Origin: Rhina ancylostomus
Lineage: Eukaryota
Direction of reading: 5' to 3'
DNA: 64,000 bases
Assembly: GCA_030265395.1 (NCBI GenBank)
Contig: JARFYF010000017.1
Span: forward strand, 26,821,593 to 26,885,592
The notes beneath the pieces are model-generated. The model was not told where the DNA came from. It saw only the letters and a list, made by a program, of their open reading frames with translations, and did not search any database. Of this stretch, positions 50,480 through 63,049 are shown one piece after another (the stretch's first letter is position 1; each line of letters starts with the position of its first letter). The position numbers were made by a program, and so were the translations under genes.

Positions 50480-50865
50480 TGAGATCAAACAGCATCCATC
50501 AGACCTGGGAAAGTAAGAAAAAAAGATTGTTAAGTTGCAAAGAGAGGGAGTGGTGGTGGCAACAGAGGAAATGTCTGTGATAGAATACAGACTGATGGTT
50601 GGAGATAGAGGAAATTAAAAAAAGGAATACATTGAGACAGAAAGGTACAGTCACATCTGTGGAGGTAAAAGAAAATAGGTCGTTATCTGATTTAGTCAAA
50701 TTCAATGTGAAGGATCTTCTGCAGTGTTGCAATATGCCAGATGGACAATTCTCCATTTCTTAACCTTATGTGGAGATTATGGAGCAAAGTTGGAGACTAA
50801 AGGCAGAGATGCCAGAAAGGAGTGGAACAGAGAATTAGAACAGAGAATAGCTCAGGTTGCCCTTC
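50480..50865 (-). mobile_element. Penelope-like fragment
   Basis: Reverse of a GIY-YIG end (aaattcaatgtg...ccagatgg...agactaaaggcagagatg...agtggaacagagaatta). Confidence 0.55.
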
Positions 50866-52404
50866 AGGGGGTATTTGAACCCCTATATAATATTTCCAAA
50901 ATTCTCTGCTTGCTTTTCAGCTCTACCCTAATCAAATCTATCATTGCCCCTCAATGACATTCTCTCTTTCAACACAACTGCATCTCTGCTAATCAGTATA
51001 GCCACCCTCCTTCCCTTCCCAGTCTTTTCGGAACACTTTATACCCATGAATATTAAGTACACAGTCCTCAACTTTTTCCAAATCACATTTTTATTATTGT
51101 CACAACACCATTGACCTTGTGATAATGGAAAACTTTAATTATGCCAGAATTGATTAGGACAGTGATTGTGCTAAAGGCAGAGAAGGAGGAGGAATTTTTG
51201 GAATATCTTTTGGAAATTTGGAAATTCTAGTCCAGGAGAATGAAGGTTAGTCATGCATATATTAATGTTAGAATTCATTGGAAATAATGATAATAGCATA
51301 CTAAGGTAGGAAAACCACACTGGGAATACACAATAGGTCAGACTTCATCTGTGGGGAGAGAAACTGAGTAAACATTTTAGGTCAATGGCCCTCCATCAGT
51401 TTTTCTTTCCACAGGTGATCACTGACTTGTTCTTATTTCAGATTTCTAGCCTCTGCAGATTTTCTTTGCTTTGTCTAAAATTCAGATTATTTATGGAGAA
51501 GGATAAGAAATAATCTAGAATACAAAATGCTTAAACAGAGGAGAAGGAATTTCAGTGAATTAAGGAGGGTAAATTGGAGTCAAAGCTAGTTGGCAGAAGT
51601 GTAACAGAGCAATTGGTGACCTTTGAAAAGGTGGTCTTGGTATAATCTAAATACATTCCACTGGGATAGTGGGAGGACAGAAGGTAGGGCAGCAAAAGAT
51701 ACAGCTCCTGAATGACAAAGAGATTAGAGAGTAGAATGAAAAAAGAGAACATATGACAGGTGTCAGCTTTATAATACAAGGAAGGATCAGGCTGTATACA
51801 TAGAAAGTAAAGAGTGCAAGTGAAATAGGAAATAGAACATCAAAGCGACAGTAAAAGATCTTCTACAAGCCTATTAAGTGTATAAAGGTTGTCAGAGGAG
51901 TGATCGTACTGATTAAAGACCAAAATGGACATATAATGCTGGAGGCAGAGGTGTGGCTGAAACATTAAATGAGTCATTTACAAAGTGTTTAGCAAGAAAG
52001 TGGAGTTTACCAAAGTGGTGGTAAAATGCAGCACACTCTGTGAGATAAAAATAACGAGACTTAAGGAAGACTGAAATATTTAAAGCAGTTATGTCACCCA
52101 GTCTGGCTAGGTTGTATCCTGGGATGATAAGGGAAATAAGGAAAGAAATTCTGGAGGTACTGGCAAAATAATGTAAAGGAAATAGCAGAAGATCAGTGGA
52201 TTGAAAATATTCCACCACTTTTCAACCAGAAGGGAGAAGGATAAACGGGCCAATTAAAAACCAATCACTTTAATGCGAATGATAGAGAAGCTTTTAAAAA
52301 CAATAATCCAGGAGGACTTTATTAGGCACTTGGACAAGTATGTGCCAATTATAGAATAAGGGTGAGGTAGCACGTATTTATTAAGGGCAAATCATGTTGG
52401 ATTC

Positions 52405-52822
52405 AGTTTCTTTCTTTTCTTTTTCAATTTTTTATTGGTTTCAAATCAATACAAATGGTAGATGGCATCAAAGTTTGTACATATCTTACAAAGAGGTTAT
52501 CTAAGATCACTCAAATCTTAGATAACCATACAATAAAATATAGAACAAGCAAAGTCTAACAATCTCCTANNNNNNNNNNNNNNNNNNNNNNNNNNNNNNN
52601 NNNNNNNNNNNNNNNNNNNNNNNNNNNNNNNNNNNNNNNNNNNNNNNNNNNNNNNNNNNNNNNNNNNNNAGGGTATAGTAGCTTTTAAAAAATTTCTAAT
52701 TTGCAAATATCGAAAAAAGTGTGATCTAGGCAAATTGTATTTATTAAACAATTGTTCAAAAGATGAAAAACAGTTATCGATAAATAGATTACAAAAGCAT
52801 ACTATTCCCTTCCTTTCCCATA
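52405..52822 (-). mobile_element. L1-clade LINE 3' fragment
   Basis: FSSFEQLFNKYNLPRSHFFRYLQIRNFL is typical of the vertebrate L1 ORF2 C-terminal region; reversed A-rich tail at ~52405-52435. Confidence 0.85.
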
Positions 52823-55054
52823 GGATTCAGCTTCTTGATGGGATATCAGAGGGTTGATCAGACCAGTGAAACTGATGAGAAAACAGAAAATACTGGAAAT
52901 ACTCAGCAGGTCAGGCAATGAAGTGATGTTGTCCATATGAATTTTCAAAAAGTATTTAATAATATACCATACATTAGCTATACAACAAAAGTGAAGCCCA
53001 TGGGATAGAAAATTGGTTAAGAGAGAGAAAATAATGAGTTGTAGTGAACAGCCATTTCACAAATTGAAGGAAGACATAACATAATATTTCCCGAGATTCA
53101 GTACAAGGCTGACTGGTGTTTTTGAAGTACATGAAAAATTATAGATCACTTAAAACTTAGAAATAAATTGTGAAGAAGGTGGTGACAGGCTTCAAAAGGA
53201 TGAACAGAATGGTCACAGGACAGACAAAACTGAGGGCAGAAGTCTGTGAGACAATATATTTCAATATGAATAATGAGAAAATAATTAATAATTTATAATT
53301 TTTGAAGGGGTCTGCACACAAATCAATGAAGGTGGGGGTGCAATTGAACAAAGCAGTTGATAACCAGAGAACATAGATCAAAAGTGATTGGTAAAAGAAC
53401 CAGAGTCAGAGCAGTGAGAAACATTGTTAGGCAGCATTCAGATTAGATTGGGGATGTACTGCCTGATAAGAGTGTGACATGTAGGTTCAATGGTAGCATT
53501 TAAAAGGGAGTTGGATAAATGTGCAAGGAGAAAACATTGCAGGGATGGAGAGAGCAACACACAGGGCTGAATGGCTTCAGTCAGTGCCGTACAGTGATTT
53601 TCTCTATTTGTCAAGCACATTTTGGTGAAACATCTTCAATGTGAGAGTCACATTGACTACTAAAATAATACATTGCTTACTACTCCCCACTGGAAACAGT
53701 GTGCCATCTATATGTGCACACTTGCTCTTTCACACACACACACTTGGGTGCTTGAGTACTGCCTTCCTCTTTACTTCCTATCCCTTTCACGCATGGTCTT
53801 CTAAACCCCTCATACCTGCAACCTTCCCTGCCCTTAAAGCCCTCCCCTTCCCCTCTGTACCTATTTTCTGACCCCGTCCCTTCAGCCTTTATGTGTTCTT
53901 CCTCCTTGGACACACCTGCCAATGTTGCCAGCCACGCTGCAGTCTCCAGTTTCTAATTCCAGTCATGCCTCAGACCCGGCTTCTGGCTGCACACCTGTTC
54001 CCATTCCCACCTCGCTCCATCCATGCACCTGGTCAATGCCAGGTCATGCTGCAGTTCCTGTCTCCTGTAGGAGACGTACTTTGTATACATGCAGTTGGTG
54101 ATCAAGGCCAATGTTTATTAGCACTGGCTCACAGGCACTGGGATGAAGATCACTGGGTTATCTCATTCCCGAAATTTGTAATAGGACATTTAGAGCTCAC
54201 TTGGGCAATTTGAATTTCCAAATTAAATGAAGTCTTTGCTCTTTTACCACATTTCCTAGCTATTATTTACTTTTGTCATGTAAAATGCACTCATATGTTA
54301 GAATCTCTTTGAAAACTTTGGTGTTAAAATTGGACAAGACCTCAGACAAAAATGCTAAATGAAGTTAGATTTCTTGTCAGTCAGAATAGGACTGATTTAT
54401 TTTACAAATTCCAATATCCTAGTGCTGGGAGTGTGGAGCCTTGGGGAGGAGGTTGGCACGGCTAGCAAAGATTAGGTGAGGAAAGGAGCAGAGCCTGCTG
54501 AACAGATGGTCTCTGTCTTGGTGTTAGTAATCCGTGAGCTCCGTATGCATGCAGTTGGTGATCAGGGTCCAGGGCAGAGGAGAAGAGTCAAAGGAAATGG
54601 TTAACAGTGGAGAAAAGGTTTGAGGTTATAGTTGCTCTTTAGATTGATGTCAGACCAGTGGACAGTTTTGTCAGAGGTTGCCTGATATGATCCAGTCAAA
54701 TCTGGATAACAAGCCAGCATTAAATCATTCATGCTCAAGTCTGTTCTCCTTGGAGTAAAGGAAGGCCCATCCCAGAGGAATATAACCAGGAAGGGCGATA
54801 ATGAGAAAGCATGAGGGTGAGGGATTGAGCAAATGAACGATTGCAGAGATACTGGGAGTTTAAGAATTGAGATAGAGGGCATCTTTAACCCACAGAGTTG
54901 TGCAAACCAAAGCAATTAAGAAAAAAATGAATTAGAAACTAGTTCTGAGTGACAAGTCAAGTCTGAGGCTGTAAGGAGTAAGTGCAAATACACAGACTTG
55001 AAGTTGTGAGAAATCCTTATCCAGAACCTGCTGTCCATCTCCATGATATCCATG

Positions 55055-55390
55055 TTAGTAAATTGCTTTATTATTGTCACATGTACCAAAGTACAGTGAA
55101 AACCTTTGTTTTACATGTGATTCATACAGGTCATTTCATCACATCAATGCATTGAGGTAGTACAAGGGAAAACAATAACAGAGTGCAGAACAAAGTGTTA
55201 CAGTTACAGGGAAAGTGCAGTGCAGGTAGACAATTAGGTGCAAGGCCAGAACAAGCTAGCCTGTGAGGTCAAGAGTCCATCTTATTGTATCAGGGGACTG
55301 TTCAATAACCTTATAACAGCGGGATAGAAGTTGCCCTTGAGCCTGGTGGTACGTGCTTTTAAGGTTTTGAATCTTCTGCCCGATGGAAGG
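55055..55390 (-). mobile_element. Rex1/Babar LINE 3' end
   Basis: Reverse complement of the 3' end at 61600-61890 (tattgtcacatgtaccaa.gtacagtgaaaa...gcagtgcaggtagacaa). Confidence 0.92.
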
Positions 55391-55827
55391 TCACAAAGAA
55401 AAATTTAACCTATCCTATTCCCATCTGCCCCCATTAGGGCCATATCATTCCATGTCTTGTCTGTTTAAGTTTGTCTAAATGCTTCTAAAACATTGTGATT
55501 GGATATAATTCCACCACCTCCAGTAATTGGAAACAGTACTTGCCATTTCCACATCCCTCATGTCAGTTTGCAGGTAAGGTCCAGATCTAAGGCTTCACAC
55601 AGTGGTAAGACCTTGCTGTAATGCACCGCTTTGCTCGGCCAGAGTAAGGCCCACCCCTGAAATGGCTGAAAGGAACTATAATTGACAACAAAGGCATGCA
55701 TTGTGCATTGCCAGCTGTCAAAGCTGCATGGGGTTCTGCAACTTCTAAATGTCGCTGACATTGAGAAACATTAAACAATTAAAAATGAACTTAATTCAAA
55801 TGTTTAAAAATAGTGCAAAAAATATGT

Positions 55828-56220
55828 CATAGAACATAGAACATAGAAAAACTACAGCACAATTCAGACCTTTCGGCCCACAGAGCTGTGCCAAACATGT
55901 CCCTAACCTAGAAATTACTAGACATACCCATAGCCCTCTATTTTACTCAGCTCCATGTACCTATCTAACAGTCTCTTGAAAGACCNNNNNNNNNNNNNNN
56001 NNNNNNNNNNNNNNNNNNNNNNNNNNNNNNNNNNNNNNNNNNNNNNNNNNNNNNNNNNNNNNNNNNNNNNNNNNNNNNNNNNNNNATCTCTTTCTTAAGT
56101 TCCTTCCTTTTAGCCTTGTACTCTTCCAGATCTCTAACATTGCCTAGCTCTCTGTACCTTTTATATGCTTTTCTTTTCCTTTTGACTAGATCTATTATAG
56201 CCTTTGTATACCATGGTGTA
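55828..56220 (-). mobile_element. Young CR1 fragment
   Basis: Tail (atagaac)n aaaaactacagcacaa; PWYTKAIIDLVKRKRKAYKRYRELG. Confidence 0.9.
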
Positions 56221-57519
56221 CTATTCTGATTGTAAAACATGTAAAACACATTTATATAATTATCTTACTGAAGCAAACACAATTTATTTAAAGAATAATG
56301 TAAATTATCTGATACCTACCCATCTCCTTCAGAACCTTTTCCGTCCATTCAAATGATTGCGCATACCATTCTGCACACATTCCGTGGGAAAATTCACCAA
56401 GTTCATGTGTCACTTTAAGTTAGAGTGTAGGCAGAAAATTGCTGATAGAGCCAGTGCCCAGCTTCATGACTTCTGCATTCGCACAGGATTCCTGAACTTG
56501 CTGACACTTACAGGGGATAAATGCCATCAGTTTTGTGCAGAACTGCTGCCACTTCTCAGCAAGTTGTGGTACTCTATTGTTTCTGAACCGTCAAGACCTT
56601 AGAAGTGTTATGTCAAGGACAAGAGCTGATCATGGTTAAGGTCTAAGTCCGAGTAGATATTCTGAAGCTCTTTTGAATTTAACTTCAAGGGGACAGAAAC
56701 AAACATTGCGGAATTTTTCCTAGGGAGAAGAAATGGCTTATGGTGCATTTTTTGTTTAAAATATTATAATTTGAGTTTAATATGCATTAATTCTATGTGC
56801 TATGTATATTGGCTTCCACCTTAAAATTAAAACTGCTTGCCGTTATTGAACAATATTAGTTTTCTGGTCAGAATAAAACAATTCATATCAACATCAAAGC
56901 ATATTTAAAGGAGCTTTTAATAATATAATTAACCAAGGGTACAATAGGATTTGTTAATTTGTGGTCAGGTCATACTATGTTCTTCTCTATAGAGGGGAGG
57001 GATATTTAAAGTCACCTTCAGTGAAAAAATGCAACTTAAGTTGAGTCTTAACATTATAAACCCTTTATTGCTCAGGGAAATTCTATGCAAATGGAAGGAA
57101 ATAGATTTTAATTGATATCCTAAACTAAACTGTTGAGTTTGCACAGACAATCAGAATAGATTTTGGCTTTTATTTGCTTCTGGTATAGATTGCTGAAGTG
57201 CATATAACATTTCAGAACAATTTTTTTTAACCTAGATTTTAAAAGAAACTGATAGTGCTTCAGTGCATTATTAAGGTCAGTGTTTAGCAGATTTCATTTC
57301 CTTGCATTTCTTCATGCCTTTCATTCAATGACCTCTAATCCCAACATAACTCAAGCAAGAGATTTCCAAGACATAAATTTATTCTTCTGGAGACTCCAAA
57401 AATAAAGATGTAAAACTGAAAAAGATGTTGACAACAAGTCTTTTAAGTTTAAATAATACCTCCAATACCAGTTGGATTCTACACTTGCAGGCTCTTCATT
57501 GTTTCAGTAGATTGTGAAA

Positions 57520-58590
57520 AACGGTTGCTACAGGGGCTCCTCAGGGCATTGTCTTTGGTCTAGTCATCTTTAGCAGCTTCAACAATGACCATCCTCCTGT
57601 CACACTTCAGAAGTGGGATGCTTCCCAATGATGGTGCAGCATTGAATTCTATTCACATCTCATTTAATGAAGCAGTTCATGTATACATGCAGCAAAATAT
57701 GGACAACATTCAGGTGTGGCTGATAAATGGCAAAAACGCTTATGCAACATAAGTGGAATACCCATCTCCACCATGCATCAAAGAAATCATCATCATCATC
57801 AAATCTCATGCATCATTATCTCGAGGTCACCACAGACCAAAAGCTTGAGTGCATCTGCCACATAATGCAGCTGCAAGTTCAGGTCAGTGTCTGGCTAAAA
57901 CAGAGAAGTTCAGGTCGATGTCTGGCTTGTCAATGTCATTGTGTCGTTGATCTGAAACATTAACTCTGTATCTCTCTCCTCAGGTGTTACCTGACCTGCT
58001 GGCTATTTCCAGTTGTTTTCTGTTCTTATAAAGTTCCATTATTATCAGTATTTTGCATTCTGAGGCTGGGTGCTCTCAACAAAGTAGCTCATCCTTTTAC
58101 TGTCCAAAGATCTACAAGGCCAAAGTCAAGTGTCTAATGTTACACTCTCCATTTGATTGGATAAGTTCTACTCCAACAATACTCAGGTTGTTCAACACCA
58201 TTGAAAAAAGCATCACTGTTTATTGGCCAATGTCCATCATCTTATATGCTCACTCCTCTAACAAGAGCTACATTTTGGTTGCAGTATGTTCCAGTCACAA
58301 AATGCTCTATAGTTACAAGCTCACACCTACCCATAGCACCTCCCAAACCTAAAGCTTTTACTGCCAAAAGCAATAGGTATATGGGAATACCACCAAGTTT
58401 CCTTCCAAGTCACTCTCCAACCATTCTTGGAGATAGATCACAATTCCTTCATTATCACTGGATCTTAATCCTATGCAACTGCTCTGTGGGAGTACCTACA
58501 CCAGGACTGTAATGAACAGTGATTCAAGGTGACCACATACCATAACCTTCTCATGGAATTTAAGGAGAGGCAAAAAATGCCAATGAAACC
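57520..58590 (+). mobile_element. CR1/L2-group (Zenon/Crack-like) LINE RT-3' fragment with a pLTR insert at ~57900-58030
   Basis: cagggcattgtctttggtc...ttcaacaatgacc; IYKAKVKCLMLHSPFDW. Confidence 0.8.
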
Positions 58591-59579
58591 CACAACTCAT
58601 GAAAGAAGAGAAAAAAATGTACTCTTGATAAAAGAAAATGATATAGAGTAACTTGAAAAATACACATCTAATGGAAGGTAATTGTAGGGTCCAGTCCACA
58701 ATTTCCCATGTTATTGGCAATCAAACTGCACCCTTCACAATGGTTCTATTTCTACCGTGCAAGTCGGAAACAATGACAGGACCATTATTCAAACCTTCAG
58801 TAAACAAGGGACAATCCATCTCAGCCTACAAGTAGATTTGTTAAGAGGTTTATAAAGCCAGGATTTGCATTCTATACTGCAAAGCAAGAATAAAATTGAG
58901 TGGTAGGATGAGAGGTAATGGTCCACAACAAGTTTGCACCTCTCCCTACAGGTAAATCTGCAGTATTTAAATGTTGCAGTGAGTAGACTGAGCAGAATGA
59001 GAAAACTGAACCACATCAAACTGCCTGTCAAAAGGCATAGGCCATTTCAGTCCTCAATGCTGGAGGTTATTTGCAGGCTTCAAAACAATTCTAGTCTTTC
59101 TTCTCCTATAATCTGAAATGATTTCCTGAATATTTTTAAATGGTGAAAGCATAAAATGGAACATTTAAAGGAGGTTGTAGTACTGGAGAACTGAATGGGA
59201 ACAAAGGACAGAGAATTTGACTTTGTAGTGCTTATGTTTGTCTGGAAAGTAAGCCAAATTATTCCAATACGGTGTGCATGCATATTTGTAACCCAGTTCA
59301 CATTGACCATATTGGAAATTCTGTTGGCAATATCCAACATTAAGAATGCTATGAATTGATATCAATCCCCTTGTGCAATGCTGACCTGCTGCCTGCACTG
59401 TCTAAATTGGATTTCAATGATGTAGGTAATGCCATTGTGATATCCCAACTTGATAATGCAGCTAAATAAGTTCAATGCCAGCAAGAACCCTCTCCTTCAG
59501 ATTTGGGTCATGCTGTCTGAATAATGTAGCCTGATGCTTACGGAGCATTTTGTAGATTAATTTTTATTTATTCACTTTT

Positions 59580-60770
59580 CAGCATCTTCCTGTCACTGGC
59601 AAGACCAGCATTGTCCATTCCTAACTGCACTTGAGAAAGTGGTGGTTAAGTGGTTTCTTGAAACAATGCAGTCCTCCTGGTGAAGAAACTCTCACAGTAC
59701 TATTGGCAGATGAATTTCAAGGTCAAAGTCAAGTTTATTGTCATATGCACAAACATGTATGCACAGGTGCAATGAAAAACTTACTTGCAGCAGCATCACA
59801 GACACATAGCATCAGATAAACAGCATTCACAAGAAAAACACATAAACTAAACATATATATTATACACAATTTTACAAGAAAGAACACAATTGGAGCATAA
59901 AAAACAAAGTCCATTTTAGTGCAAAGTGATCAAAGTGCTCATGGTGTTGCTGAACTGTGGTAATTAAGGTTTTGCCAGTTGGTTTGAGAATGGTGCTGAG
60001 ATCGAGAACCAACTGGTTGAAGGGAAATAGCTGTTCTTGAATCTGGTGGTGTAGGACTTCAGGCTTCTGTTCCTCCTGCCCGATGATAGCTTCAAAAAGA
60101 TGGCATGGCGCCAATGGTGGGGATCTTTGATGATGGATGTTGCCTTCCTGAGGCAGCATCTCCTCTAGATACTACCTATGGTGGGGAGGGATGTGCCTGT
60201 GATGTATTGGGCAGAGTCCAATACTCTCTGCAGCTTCTTAATTCCTATGCATTTGAATTGCCATTCAAGATTTAGATCAAGCAATGAAGGAATGATATAT
60301 TTCCAAGTTAGTATGGAGGAGAACCTGCAGGTAGTCATGCTTCCGTGTTCCTGCTGTCTTGTCCATCTTGATGGTAAAGGTCTCAGCTGCTGTTGCAATA
60401 GTCTGAATGAGTAATTGCAGTCCTCAAAAGCCACAGTGTGCTGGTGGTGGAAGGAGTGAATGTTCAGGGAAATGGATGGGGTGCCAATCAAGTGAGCTGC
60501 TTGGTTCTGAATGATGTCAAGCTTCCTGAGAGTTGTTGGAGTTAGAGTCATCTTGGCAAATTGAGAGTATTCCATCCTGCTCCTGACTTATACCGTGTAA
60601 ATGATGGAATTGTTTTAGGTGTTAGGAGTTGAGCTATTTGTTGCAAGTTGTTCAATCTCTAACCTGCTCTTGTAGCCGCAGTATTTATACATCGAATCCA
60701 GCTATTTCTGGTTAATGTTAACCCCCAAAAAGTTGATAATGGGGAATGGGTAATGATAATGCCATTGGCT
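59580..60770 (-). mobile_element. CR1/L2-group (Zenon/Crack-like) LINE 3' fragment
   Basis: MEYSQFAKMTLTPTTLRKLDIIQNQAAHLIGTPS. Confidence 0.85.
59722..60263 (-). mobile_element. Rex1/Babar LINE 3' end with TTCAAG target-site duplication
   Basis: KKLQRVLDSAQYITGTSLPTI; ttcaag at 59716-59721 and 60264-60269; the host LINE rejoins across it. Confidence 0.9.
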
Positions 60771-61890
60771 GAAGCCTCCACAAGGCTGCATCCTCAGCCC
60801 CGTACTCTACTCCCTGTACACTCATAACTGTGTGGCCAGATTCTGCTCTAACTCCATCTACGTTTGCAGATGATACTACCATATCTTAAATAATGATGAG
60901 TCGGAGTACAGGAAGGAGATAGAGAGCCTAATGACATTGTGTCACGACAACAACCTTTCCCTCAATGTCAGTGAAACAAAAGAGCTCGCCATTGACTTCA
61001 GGAAGGGGGGTGGGGTACGTGCTCCTGTCTACATCAATGGTACTGAGATCGAGAGGGTTGAGAGCTTCAAGTTCCTGGGAGTGAACATCACCAATAACCT
61101 GTTCTGGTCCAAACACATTGACAACAGGGCCAAGGAAGCTCACCAGTGCCTCTACTTCCTCAGGAGGCTAAAGAAATTTGGTACGTGCCCTTTGACACTC
61201 ATCAATTTTTATCGATGCACCATAGAAAGCATCTTATCTGGATACATCACNNNNNNNNNNNNNNNNNNNNNNNNNNNNNNNNNNNNNNNNNNNNNNNNNN
61301 NNNNNNNNNNNNNNNNNNNNNNNNNNNNNNNNNNNNNNNNNNNNNNNNNNTATCGATGCACCATAGAAAGCATCTTATCTGGATACATCACGGCTTGGTA
61401 TGGCAACTGGTCTGCCCATGACCACAAGAAAATTCAGAGTTGTGGACACAGCTCACCACATCACAGAAACTAGCCTCCCCTCCATGGACTGTCTATACTT
61501 CTTTCTGCCTCAGTAAAGCTGCCAGCATAATCAAAGAGACCACCCACCCCAAATATTCTCTCTTCTCCTCCCTCCTACTGGGCAGAAGATACAAAAGCCT
61601 GAAAACACATACCACCAAGCTCAAGGACAGCTTCTGTCCCACTGTTATAAGACTATTGAATTGCTCCCTAGTACGATAAGATGGACTCTTGAACTCACAA
61701 TCTACCTCATTATGACCTTGCACCTTATTGTCTACCTGCACTGCACTTTCTCTGTAACTGTAACATTTTATTCTGCACTCTGTTATTATTTTAACTTGTA
61801 CTACCTCAATGCACTATTATAATAAATTGATCTGCATGAATGGTACACAAGACAAGTTTTTCATTGTACCTTGGTACATGTGACAATAAA
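60771..61890 (+). mobile_element. Rex1/Babar LINE, 5'-truncated RT
   Basis: PQGCILSPVLYSLYT, FADDTT, CHDNNLSLNVSETKELAIDFRK...ERVESFKFLGV...LYFLRRLKKFG. Confidence 0.95.
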
Positions 61891-62134
61891 AAAACTATTT
61901 AGATGGTTGTACTCTCTTGTTTTGAAGATAGTCATTGTCTGCCATTTCNNNNNNNNNNNNNNNNNNNNNNNNNNNNNNNNNNNNNNNNNNNNNNNNNNNN
62001 NNNNNNNNNNNNNNNNNNNNNNNNNNNNNNNNNNNNNNNNNNNNGAGTTGTGCATGGAATTGGACATTGTTCAGTCATCGGCAAACTTTCTTGATACAAG
62101 GGAGGTCATTGATGAAGCAGTTGAAGATGATCAA

Positions 62135-62712
62135 TCTGACCTCAGGATTTGCCTCTGTGGAGACTGCATGTTCTTCCCATGATTGCATGGGTTTCTACAG
62201 GCTGCCCCAGTTTCCTCTCACACCCCAAAGACATGCTGGTAAGCAAATTGGCTACCAAAAACTGTGCCTCCATAGTATAATTACGTGACAGAAGAACTAA
62301 AGGGAAGTTGATGGAAATGTGAGAGAGATTAAGTTGAGNNNNNNNNNNCTACTTGATGGAGCAACCGTTGTGCTGCTATGACATAACTCTATGGACCTGG
62401 AGTCAATCTGGAGCTCAGGTGCTGTCTGTGTGCAGCCTGTACATTCTCTCTTTGACTGCATAGGTTTCCTCTGGGTGTTCTAGTTACCCTCCACACACCA
62501 AAAGCATGCTGACAAGTTAATTGCCTACTGTATATCACCTCATAGTGTAGTTTAATAGCAAAAAGAACTAGAGGGGAGTTAATGGACTTGCGTAGAAGAG
62601 AATAACTTGCAGGGGTACAGGAGAACAAGGAGAGGGGAATCGGGCCAAATGGGATTGCTTGCCAGAAACCAACAAAGAGTCAATGGGTCAAATAGCTTCC
62701 TCCTGTGACACT
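62135..62712 (+). mobile_element. Two tandem V-SINE fragments
   Basis: tctgtggagactgcatgttcttccc...cagtttcctctcacaccccaaagac, then ggtgctgtctgtgtgc...gggtcaaatagcttcctcctgtg. Confidence 0.8.
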
Positions 62713-62779
62713 GCCCTGAGGAGCGTTCCCTGTGATGATTGCCTTGTAATAACCATAACTATCTTTATTCAAGGTATGA

Positions 62780-62935
62780 CCCCAGCCATTAGAGTGTTTT
62801 CCCTTTGACACCTCAGTTTTACAGGGTGCCTTTTCAGGGTTGTGCTCAGTGGGTTTCCTTGCCCTCTGTTGATAGAAGGCATCTCTTCTTCTTGTCACCA
62901 CCTCACCCAATGCCTCTAACACAGCTTTGGTAAAG
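62780..62935 (-). mobile_element. Harbinger-associated Myb/SANT-like ORF remnant
   Basis: FTKAVLEALGEVVTRRRDAFYQQRARKP, homologous to the 44765 remnant. Confidence 0.65.
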
Positions 62936-63049
62936 TATTAACCCTGTTTTCCCTGAGGTTGGGTCAAACGTGCTTCATTGATTCTTAACTTCAATATGCC
63001 TCTCTTTTAAGAGCTGCAGGTTGGCTTTAAGCAGTTCAAGCTAACTTCA

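Larger units (their letters stand above)
48200..53570 (+). mobile_element. Long decayed CR1 LINE split by nested insertions
   Basis: ORF1-end-like tgcagaggcgagggcttcagattcctgg; endonuclease gtgactgaaaactggct; then gataatggaaaactttaatt, aagggcaaatcatgtt and a 3' end near 53500. Confidence 0.75.
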
